64,000 nt of DNA from contig JBGPUE010000010.1 of assembly GCA_041491005.1 (NCBI GenBank), positions 178 to 64,177 on the forward strand. Reading direction: 5' to 3'. A model generated the notes under the pieces. The model saw only the letters and a program-made list of their open reading frames with translations. It did not search any database and was not told where the DNA came from. This stretch comes from Candidatus Binataceae bacterium (lineage in GTDB: Bacteria > Desulfobacterota > Binatia > Binatales > Binataceae). Made by a program: the position numbers and the translations under genes. Positions 1 through 8,577 of the stretch are shown here, in pieces. How positions within the stretch are numbered: the stretch's first letter is position 1; each line of letters starts with the position of its first letter.

Positions 1-196
1 CCCCAGGGGGAAGCACGATGTCTACATTCAGGTAAGTGTAATAGACCGCCACTGAGTGATTCGCAGCAGCAATGTGCGTGATTATGAGTCACGTGTGCTC
101 CAAGCGACTCCATCGTAGCAATGGACACCCTTGGCATATCAGCTTTGCCGACTCGGCATCAGTTGCTGTATGATTCACGCCGCCTAGGGGGAACAA

Positions 197-2293
197 TTGC
201 CCACGTTAACCGACATGCGCGCGCTAATGCGAGACCTCGCCGCCGAGCCGGCTCACAGTCAAAGACGGAGCAACCTTCCTCGCGACCAGGCACACTCACT
301 CGAATCGTCCGAAGCGCAAGAACAGATAGCAACGACAGATGACATGGCATCACGTCTGAGAGATTCCGAAGAGGAGCGCGCCGAGATTCTCAACCGCCTC
401 CAGTTTGCTTCACTGAGCCAACAGCATCTCGAGCAGCGAATCCTGGCCCTGGAGAACAGTTTTGTTTCCCGCTGCTTTCGGTCACTGGGCCGGGTCTACG
501 ATACCACCCGGGCGAGACTCGCCTACAAACTCGCCAATTCCCGCTTCAACCCTTACTATCTGAAGCTCAGGCGCACGGACCCACGAGGACGCCTTTACCG
601 GCAGTGGGCGCAGCTCGAGGAGGCATGCGCCCCATCACCCGAGTGGCATCGGCAGCAAGCGCATCGATGGCACTATCGCCCGCTGGTCAGCATCGTTACG
701 CCGGTGCACAACCCCAAGCGACAGTGGCTGGATGCCGCGGTCTCCTCGGTTGTCGGTCAAACGTACGATAACTGGGAGTTGTGCGTTTGCGACGACGCTT
801 CCCGCGAGGAATGGGTGGCCAAATTCCTCGACGCTAAAGCAAAGGCTGACTCTCGCATCCGGGTTGTCGGGTCAAACACGCCTATCGGCATCTCGGGCGC
901 TCTCAACCTCGCCGGAAGCCTTGCCCGCGGCGAATATGTAGGCTTCCTTGACCATGATGATCTCCTAAGCCCCTACGCTCTCCATTACGTCGTCGAGGCG
1001 CTTCAGGATTCGAACTTCGATCTCATCTACACAGACGAAGACATCGTGAACGAACAAGGAAACCGCATCTTGCCTAACTTTAAGCCAGGATGGTCGCCGG
1101 AGCTGTTGGCCGCCTGCATGTACATCAATCATTTCATGGTGGTATCGCGGCGGCGGCTCGATCAGGTTGGTTGGTTTAGATCTGAATGCGACGGCGCCCA
1201 GGACTACGACCTCGCCCTGCGCCTCAGCGACCTTACGCCGAGCGTTCAGCACTTGCCGCGCGTCCTGTATCACTGGCGTCGGCATGAGGGTTCGTCGATA
1301 GCTGATTCATCGGCGAAGCCTTATACTCACAACGCGGGGCGCCGCGCCCTCGCGGACGCCGTTGAGCGGCGTGGCCAGGACGCGGAAGTGGAAGATGGCC
1401 CGCGCCCGAACACGTACCATCTCAAATACCGGCCGTCCCGCACACCGTTGGTCAGTCTTATAGTTTGTTCGAGGCGCCACAAACTGCTTAGGCGCTGTCT
1501 ATCCGCGTTGAAATCCAGAACTGATTATCCAAACCGTGAAATCATCGTCGTCGAGCACTCGGGCGACGACGAAGCGATAGAGAAGCTGATCGAGCGCTTC
1601 GCGTGCCGGCGGGTTGTTTACTCGGCACCGTTCAACTTCTCATCAATGAACAACAGCGGAGTTGCGGTCGCCGAAGGCGAAGTGCTGGTCCTTCTGAACG
1701 ATGATGTCAAGCCGCTCGACTCGCGCTGGCTTGGCTATCTGGTGAGCCAGTTGGAGCGCCCTGAAGTGGGCGTCGTAGGCGCGAAGCTGCTCTACCCTTC
1801 CGGAGCGATCCAGCACGCGGGCTTGGTCATCGACGCGCTTGTCGGGGCGGCGCATCCCGGGCGCGGTTCCTTCACCAGTGGCTACTGGCCCTGGCTGGAT
1901 CTCACGCGCGATGTTTCCGCCGTTACCGGAGCATGCCTTGCGATTCGTAAGGACCTTTTTGAGCGGGTAGGTGGTCTGGACCCTTCGTTTCCGATGAACT
2001 ACAACGACGTAGATCTCTGCCTTAGAGTGAGGCAGTTGGGTTTCCGCGTTGTCTACGAGGCACGTGCTGTATTGTGCCACTATGAGGCCAGCACTCGCGC
2101 GCCAGGCATCGGCTACAAAGAACGGGAATCGTTCTTCGGGCGCTGGCCAGAGTCGTTCGCAAAGGGGGACCAGTACTACAATCCCAACCTTACTGCCGAG
2201 GCCGAAGTGTTGCCGGACTTAGAAGTGCTTCAACGGCGGGTCAGCGCTAGGCAAGTGACGGCGTTTTCTGGCACGCAGATCGCTCGATCCTAA
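197..2293 (+). CDS. Two-domain family-2 glycosyltransferase with an N-terminal coiled-coil segment
   Basis: Two GT2 cores, each with a DxD-type motif: (1) VSIVTPVHNPKRQWLDAAVSSVVGQTYDNWELCVCDDAS ... GFLDHDDLL; (2) VSLIVCSRRHKLLRRCLSALKSRTDYPNREIIVVEHSGDD ... LLNDDVKP. The N-terminal ~100 aa are heptad-like (RLRDSEEERAEILNRLQFASLSQQHLEQRILALENSF). The start is uncertain (TTG at 197, ATG at 215). Confidence 0.8.
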   Translation: MPTLTDMRALMRDLAAEPAHSQRRSNLPRDQAHSLESSEAQEQIATTDDMASRLRDSEEERAEILNRLQFASLSQQHLEQRILALENSFVSRCFRSLGRVYDTTRARLAYKLANSRFNPYYLKLRRTDPRGRLYRQWAQLEEACAPSPEWHRQQAHRWHYRPLVSIVTPVHNPKRQWLDAAVSSVVGQTYDNWELCVCDDASREEWVAKFLDAKAKADSRIRVVGSNTPIGISGALNLAGSLARGEYVGFLDHDDLLSPYALHYVVEALQDSNFDLIYTDEDIVNEQGNRILPNFKPGWSPELLAACMYINHFMVVSRRRLDQVGWFRSECDGAQDYDLALRLSDLTPSVQHLPRVLYHWRRHEGSSIADSSAKPYTHNAGRRALADAVERRGQDAEVEDGPRPNTYHLKYRPSRTPLVSLIVCSRRHKLLRRCLSALKSRTDYPNREIIVVEHSGDDEAIEKLIERFACRRVVYSAPFNFSSMNNSGVAVAEGEVLVLLNDDVKPLDSRWLGYLVSQLERPEVGVVGAKLLYPSGAIQHAGLVIDALVGAAHPGRGSFTSGYWPWLDLTRDVSAVTGACLAIRKDLFERVGGLDPSFPMNYNDVDLCLRVRQLGFRVVYEARAVLCHYEASTRAPGIGYKERESFFGRWPESFAKGDQYYNPNLTAEAEVLPDLEVLQRRVSARQVTAFSGTQIARS

Positions 2294-2408
2294 CCTGCGC
2301 ACGGGAAGCACGGGGTGCTCCTGCGCAAAAGATTCGTGATGCCAGTGGGCTGCGCCGAGAATTTGGAGCCGGGTCCAGCGGCCTCGAGAGAGGAGTCGAC
2401 GCTTCAAG

Positions 2409-5400
2409 ATGGCGAGCGACAGGCACAGCCCGAGCACGCAGGCGGCAGGTAGTCAGGGATTGGAGGTCAAGCCCGACGGTATCCGCGCTGACGGCGGTTC
2501 GGGGCGGCAGGCCGCTGCGATGCGATCCGAGATCGTTTCACCGGACGGCACGGAGCTCTCTCGTCTCTATAACGAGCACTATTTCCAGACCGGTTGCGGC
2601 CCGATCCCTTACGATCGCACGGAACCTTGGCTCACGTTTTTTGGAAACATTGCGGAACAGGTGATCCGTAGCCTCCGGCCGCGCAAGGTTCTCGACGCCG
2701 GCTGTGCGATGGGATTCCTCGTCGAGTCCTTTTGGGATCGAGGTGTCGAAGCTTGGGGGATAGACATCTCTCCTTACGCCATCTCCAGGGTTCGACCTGA
2801 CATGAGGCCGTTTTGCGCAGTTGGTTCGCTTACCGATCCGCTGCAAGGCCCCTTCGATATAGTCGTTTGCACCGAGGTCATCGAGCACATTCCCTCAGAG
2901 CATGAACGGACCGTGGCGGAGAATCTGTGTGCCGCCACCAGCACAATCCTCTTCTCTTCCACGCCCTCTGACTTCGCGGAGGCGACCCACTTCAACGTCC
3001 GGCCGCTTATCTACTGGCTGAGACTATTCTCCGAGTTCGGTTTCTGGCCAGATCTACTATTCGATACGAGCTTTGTCGCGCCTCACGCAATGCTGCTCAG
3101 GAAGAGCGAACAGCGACTGCCGGAAGAAGTGCTGGTGCTGTTCGCCGAGACCCTCCGTCACAAGGCGGCAATTCATGAGCTCAACACCCAGCTCGGTTCG
3201 GCAACCAGTGCATTGCAACAGGCGCGCGGCGATCTCGAAACGGTCCGAGCTCAGGAAGGGCGTGTCCGGCAAGAGACCGTGAGGCTCAAGCAAGCACTCA
3301 ACGCCGCCGAGCGCCGCCTCAGCGATACCTTCGCCAGCCCGGGCTGGAGAGTGATCGAGCGATACCGCGGCTGGGTTCAAAGGCAGCGACGGCTCCGCCC
3401 GCGATTATTCAATCGATACGAGAGAGTCGCGCTCTGGGCGCTTAGGCGGATAGCTCACGAACAGCGCCCAAGTAGACAGCCTGATAGAGGCCGTCGCGCG
3501 ACCGACCAACCTGTGACGCCCGACAACGATCCATCGGAGCCTCCGGCAAGTGCAATCGCGGAGGCCCAAGAACGTCCCGACCAAAGCATCTCCCGGTTCC
3601 TGCTGATCATCAGCGGCTGCCCAGGCGATGCCTACCGGTATCGCGTCGAGCACCAGGCGGAGGAGCTTCGCCTGCTCGGGTTGTCTGTCGAGGCCGCCCT
3701 ATTCGACGCAGTCGACTACACCAGCGTCATAACTCAATACAGCGCCTTTGTTCTCCATCGGGTGCCGCACACTTCAGGCATCGAGCAGTTCATCGATCGG
3801 GCAAAGAGGCTGGGCAAACCCGTTATCTTCGATACGGATGATTTGATTTTTAGCGAGAGCTTCATCGGAGACATTAAGGCAATACGTGACTTCGCGCCCG
3901 ACGAGTACAATCTCTACATAGATGGCGTGAGGCGCTACCACAGAACGCTCTCGCAATGCGCAGCCGCAATCGTTACCACGGAGCCTCTGCGCGACCGGGT
4001 CAAAGAGTCATTCCCCGATCGGCCTGTGTACGTCAATCGAAACGCCGTCAGCGACGAGATGCTCCAGCAGGCCGACTTCGCGCTCGAGCATATACCGAAA
4101 ACTGACGATGGTCTGGTCCGAATTTTATACATGAGCGGAACCAGCACACACAACGATGACTTCGCCCAGTGTGTTCCGGCGCTCGCGCGAATACTCGAGG
4201 CGTACCCGAACGTGCGCCTTATGATTGTCGGTCATCTCGACGTACCTGAACGTCTACGTAGCACGGTGGACCGGCTGGAGATTAGTCCGTTCATGCCATG
4301 GCAGGAATTGCCAGCGCTCATGCGCCGCGCAGACATCAATCTTGCGCCGCTCGAGCTGAATAACGCCTTCACGGAATGCAAGAGCGAACTGAAGTATTTC
4401 GAAGCCGGTCTGCTGGAGCTTCCGACGGTGGCCTCCGACCTGCCCGCCTATCGAGTCGCGATCACCCACGGCGAGAACGGGTTTCTGTGCCGAAGCGAGC
4501 AGGAGTGGTTCGAAACGCTTGAGCGGCTGGCGCTGGACCCCGCGCTGAGACGACGGGTCGGAAGCCGGGCGCGCACGGACGTACTCGCCCGTTACACAAC
4601 CCGCAGTCGTGCCCCTCAGCTCGCGACGGCGTTGCGCCGGATATTCACTGACCTCCGCCTCAATGCTCAAGGCCGTCTTTCTGTGGCGATCGTGATGCGA
4701 GCGCCTATAGCGCAGACGGGGGGAGGGTACCGGAATATCTTCGCCCTTGCGAACCATCTTGCGGCACGCGGACACGACGTACATCTGTATGTCGAGGCGA
4801 TTGCTCACCTCGAGGGAATGAACGATGCTCAGATAGTCTCGTTTTGTCACCGACATTTCGGAGAGAGTGCGGCTCAAATTCACGTTGGCCACGATCAGAT
4901 TCTCGCCAGTGACATTGCCGTCGCCACCAACTGGCCCACGGCCTATGCCGTCACCGCGCTCGAGAGCACGAGATGCAAGGCGTACCTGGTTCAGGACTTC
5001 GAACCGGATTTCTACGATCGGGTGGATCCGGCCCATGAACTGGCAGAACGGACCTACGACCTTCCGCTCAGGAAGATCACGTTGGGGAAGTATCTCCAGA
5101 AGCTGTTTTGCGAGCGTGACCGCCTGCCAACCCACCACATCCCCTTTTCCATTGACTCATCAATCTACCGCAACCTCAACACTCGGCCCCAATCGCCCGT
5201 CCGAGTCCTGTTCTTTGCGCGGCCGGGCCTGAAACGGCGCGCGTACCCGGTCGGCGTGAAAGCCTTGCGAATCTTGGCGCGCGCGTGCCCTGAAGTTGAG
5301 ATCGCGTTCTACGGTATGGTCGAGCGAGAGGAACTGGGGTTCGCCTATCAACACCTCGGGGAATTGTCCTCATCCGAACTCGCGCGGGAGATGAACCGCA

Positions 5401-6629
5401 GTCACATTCACCTCTCATTCTCCTTGACCAACATCTCGTGGGTGCCTTTCGAGGCGATGGCGTGTGGCTGCGCCGTCGTCGAAGCCAGGGTTCCCACCGT
5501 CGAGTCGTGGATGGAAGGGGAAGGCACCAACTCGCTGCTGGTTGACCCGGAGCCGAGAGCCGTCGCAGACGCTCTCATCACGCTCGTTAGAGATGCCGGC
5601 TTGCGCAAGCGGATAGCGGCCAATGGCGAAAAGCATGTAGCAAGGATCTCGTCGAGTTGGGAAGCGGCCTGTGCCCAGTTTGAAAGCATACTGCTTGACG
5701 CAGTATTCAAACAGTATCTTCCTACAGAGGGAGCGCTAATCACATCGCGAGACGGCCGCTTCGATGGGAAGATATTCTACGTACGCGGCGGGAGGCGTCG
5801 CTGGGTGCAGGATCTGGCACGGGCAGGGGAAGCGGGGTTGCGCACTACCGACGGCGTGTTGCGGCTGTCCGACGATGAGATAGCCAAGCTACCGCTGGGC
5901 GGGTACGTTCCTCGCGACTGGACGCTCGCTGATTGGAAATCGCCGCCGGCGACGGCACCGCTGCGCGAGATCGCAGCGTCAAGACTGACAGGCTCCGGCC
6001 TTGAGTTCGGAGCAGGCGACAATCCTTTCCCCACCCCATTGCACTGCGAGGTCCGCTACGTCGATAGGCTGCCACAGGAAGAGTTTGCCGCGCAGTATCA
6101 TCCAAACGAGAACATCGACGCCGTACGGCCTGATATGATCACAGGCCTTTGCCAAATGGAGGGCATTTCAAACGAGAGCGTCGACTTCGTCATCGCATGC
6201 CATGTGCTCGAGCATACGGCAAATCCGCTTCTTGCTTTGCGAACGGCATACTTGCGTCTGAAGCCGGGCGGCCAGTTGGTGCTCGTCATTCCGGACAAGC
6301 GCTATACCTTTGACCGGCAGCGCGAGCTGACTCCACTCGAACACCTGATTCTAGACTACGAGTCGCCCTCGCCTGACAGAGATCGTCAACATTGGCAGGA
6401 GTGGTACACGAAAGCCTTTCCAGTGTCTCCTGAGCAGATCGACGGATCAATCGCGTCTGCGTTGGAGCGCGACGCTGACATTCACTACCATACCTGGACC
6501 TACGAGAGTTTTACGGAAATGGTCGAATATGCGCGCCGCGACCTCGCTCCGTGGTCCGCCGTGTGGTCCCATCCTGTACGAAGAAATACCGAGGAGGGAA
6601 TCGAGTTCTACTTCGTCCTGACAAAATAG
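2409..6629 (+). CDS. 1406-aa multidomain glycan-assembly protein: SAM-methyltransferase / coiled coil / Pro-rich linker / GT4 / GT4 / SAM-methyltransferase
   Basis: N-terminal class I methyltransferase Rossmann motif VLDAGCAMGFLVE...DIVVCTEVIEHI. Coiled coil around aa 235-305 (HELNTQLGSATSALQQARGDLETVRAQEGRVRQETVRLKQALNAAERRLSD). Two GT4 (GT-B) units with EX7E-like segments ECKSELKYFEAGLLELPTVASD and VPFEAMACGCAVVEARV. C-terminal methyltransferase domain LEFGAGDNPF...FVIACHVLEHTANPLLALRTAYLRLKPGGQLVLVIPDKRYTFD. Confidence 0.8.
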   Translation: MASDRHSPSTQAAGSQGLEVKPDGIRADGGSGRQAAAMRSEIVSPDGTELSRLYNEHYFQTGCGPIPYDRTEPWLTFFGNIAEQVIRSLRPRKVLDAGCAMGFLVESFWDRGVEAWGIDISPYAISRVRPDMRPFCAVGSLTDPLQGPFDIVVCTEVIEHIPSEHERTVAENLCAATSTILFSSTPSDFAEATHFNVRPLIYWLRLFSEFGFWPDLLFDTSFVAPHAMLLRKSEQRLPEEVLVLFAETLRHKAAIHELNTQLGSATSALQQARGDLETVRAQEGRVRQETVRLKQALNAAERRLSDTFASPGWRVIERYRGWVQRQRRLRPRLFNRYERVALWALRRIAHEQRPSRQPDRGRRATDQPVTPDNDPSEPPASAIAEAQERPDQSISRFLLIISGCPGDAYRYRVEHQAEELRLLGLSVEAALFDAVDYTSVITQYSAFVLHRVPHTSGIEQFIDRAKRLGKPVIFDTDDLIFSESFIGDIKAIRDFAPDEYNLYIDGVRRYHRTLSQCAAAIVTTEPLRDRVKESFPDRPVYVNRNAVSDEMLQQADFALEHIPKTDDGLVRILYMSGTSTHNDDFAQCVPALARILEAYPNVRLMIVGHLDVPERLRSTVDRLEISPFMPWQELPALMRRADINLAPLELNNAFTECKSELKYFEAGLLELPTVASDLPAYRVAITHGENGFLCRSEQEWFETLERLALDPALRRRVGSRARTDVLARYTTRSRAPQLATALRRIFTDLRLNAQGRLSVAIVMRAPIAQTGGGYRNIFALANHLAARGHDVHLYVEAIAHLEGMNDAQIVSFCHRHFGESAAQIHVGHDQILASDIAVATNWPTAYAVTALESTRCKAYLVQDFEPDFYDRVDPAHELAERTYDLPLRKITLGKYLQKLFCERDRLPTHHIPFSIDSSIYRNLNTRPQSPVRVLFFARPGLKRRAYPVGVKALRILARACPEVEIAFYGMVEREELGFAYQHLGELSSSELAREMNRSHIHLSFSLTNISWVPFEAMACGCAVVEARVPTVESWMEGEGTNSLLVDPEPRAVADALITLVRDAGLRKRIAANGEKHVARISSSWEAACAQFESILLDAVFKQYLPTEGALITSRDGRFDGKIFYVRGGRRRWVQDLARAGEAGLRTTDGVLRLSDDEIAKLPLGGYVPRDWTLADWKSPPATAPLREIAASRLTGSGLEFGAGDNPFPTPLHCEVRYVDRLPQEEFAAQYHPNENIDAVRPDMITGLCQMEGISNESVDFVIACHVLEHTANPLLALRTAYLRLKPGGQLVLVIPDKRYTFDRQRELTPLEHLILDYESPSPDRDRQHWQEWYTKAFPVSPEQIDGSIASALERDADIHYHTWTYESFTEMVEYARRDLAPWSAVWSHPVRRNTEEGIEFYFVLTK

Positions 6630-6764
6630 AGCGCGACCGGACCTGGCAAAGAACATTCTCCGCTCGCATTCTGCCACACTCGGCGCCGATGCTTAGTTGA
6701 ATGCTCGACGTCATACGATGACCCTCGCAAGCAATCGCTTGTCACACTTCTCAAAGGATAGAGA

Positions 6765-7499
6765 ATGATAACGCGCGCGGACTACCAGCGGAATAGGTTC
6801 GCTTTCCTCACCGGTCTAACGGACGTGAAGAAAGGCCTCGGTTTGGAAATTGGCGCCGGCGATCTGCCCACGGTCCTGCCCGGCGCCGGCAGATGCCTGC
6901 ATGCAAACATGTACGGCAAGAGAGATCTGGTGACGCTCTTCAATCTTCCTGCCGAGCAGGTGCCTGAGGTCAATTACGTAGTGAGTCGGCGGCAGCCCCT
7001 GTCGGAGCAGATTGGATTGCAAACCTTCGACTACGTTTTTCTGGCCCACGTGATTGAGCATGTGGCCGACCCGATTGGTTATGTCAAGGATCTGACAAAT
7101 CTCTTGAGACAAGATGCGCTGATCGTGATGGCAGTTCCCGACAAGCGCAGAACGTTCGACAATCCCCGACCGGCAACTGCGATTGAGCATATCCTCAGCG
7201 ACTATCACGAGAGAGCCATGTACCCGTCGGTGGAACACATAATGCAGTTCGCACCGTGCATCATCGACGAGCTCAAAGGCAAAGATTCGGTCGAGCTATA
7301 CCAATGGGCACAGGCCAACCACGAAAGTGGTGCGGCAGATGTCCATTGTCACGTTTGGACAGACGAAGACTTCTTCCGCCAAGTCGACGAGATCAGACGA
7401 GCTGGTCTTTGGACCGGGCTGACAGTCGTGGCCAAATGGCCGAACAGTGGTGACTTCAACGAATTCATGATCGCGTTGAGGTACACGGGAGGGCGATAG
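6765..7499 (+). CDS. Class I SAM-dependent methyltransferase, paralogous to the C-terminal domain of the upstream 1406-aa protein
   Basis: GLEIGAGDLP...YVFLAHVIEHVADPIGYVKDLTNLLRQDALIVMAVPDKRRTFDNPRPATAIEHILSDYHE aligns colinearly with the C-terminal MT domain of ORF 2409-6629. Good SD (AAAGGATAGAG) before the ATG. Confidence 0.75.
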   Translation: MITRADYQRNRFAFLTGLTDVKKGLGLEIGAGDLPTVLPGAGRCLHANMYGKRDLVTLFNLPAEQVPEVNYVVSRRQPLSEQIGLQTFDYVFLAHVIEHVADPIGYVKDLTNLLRQDALIVMAVPDKRRTFDNPRPATAIEHILSDYHERAMYPSVEHIMQFAPCIIDELKGKDSVELYQWAQANHESGAADVHCHVWTDEDFFRQVDEIRRAGLWTGLTVVAKWPNSGDFNEFMIALRYTGGR

Positions 7500-8577
7500 G
7501 GGTACTGTCGGTGTTGGTGTGAATTGGAGTACATCCGCCAAGAATCGTGGCGCGGCGAGTTTCGCAAACATGCGCTGTTCGGCTTGAGCGCCCCCGGCCC
7601 TTCGGGCTGGTAGTAGAATGCCCACGATAGTCGCCCCAGTGCTGATGAGGTCGAGCGCCAGCCGCGCGCGACCACCTTGAGCAAAGCCAGATCTGGCCCC
7701 GGCGACGTGGGCGCCTGATTCCCGTTCAGGATGATGCGACTCACTCCGCCTCCGCAAGCGATTTCGAACGGAACTTCGAGTGGCGTGAGCTCCAACTGCT
7801 CAGGCGTTTTGGAATGAACTTCCATCGCTGAGTCATTCGTGCGACAAGGGTCGATGCTGATCCGAAGTCGCCCCTTCGCAACCACGACCTTCGGACAACA
7901 AGACGCAGTATCCGGTGGCGCTCGGACTCGTCGACAGACTTGAACCGCGCCATAGCGGCTCTCGCGCGCTCATCTTTGGACAAGGTCTTGAGCGTGGAGT
8001 CGATGACCAGCTGTTCCAGCTCGTGAGCTGCGACACGTGGCAGGCTACCGGCTTCTTCGGGCCGATGCTGAACGACTGCCTGACTTACATAGTAGCGATA
8101 GCGGCGGCCTCCCTTACTCGTATGCGGACCGATTCAGTTGTTCTTCTTAGCGCGCGCTCCCGCCTGATGCCCGTTTGCGCCACCTCGCTTCGTGATCCGC
8201 ATTGCAGCCGTTTGGACATCACCAGAACCCACAACGCAAGTAGTTCTTTCTTGCCAAGTCCGCTGACCAGATCTGTCGGCATTTTCGGCAACGAAGCCGA
8301 TCGCCGCCGATCAAGTCGACGCCGACGCCTCTGAGGACAAACTCCGCACCCGCGCCGGAAAGCTTTGGAGTATCCGGACACATCGGCGCCTCCGATTCGC
8401 ACGATGCTTCACCGCCCTGCCACCACGACCTTCATCGTTATAAGACTTTAGAGATAATCTTAATAATTCATGAGACGTCATAGTGGGTCAAGACCATCGA
8501 GTCTCCCCGGTCGCCGCCAGAGCAACTAGCGCCCTGCCGGTCACCACATGGCGACGAGGTACGTCTCGTTCCCTCGA

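Noticed and set aside
7349-7885. 178-aa minus-strand ORF overlapping the 3' end of the methyltransferase gene
   Set aside because: Low-complexity Ser/Pro/Arg-rich translation. It overlaps a gene with a clear family signature by 150 bp. No motif.
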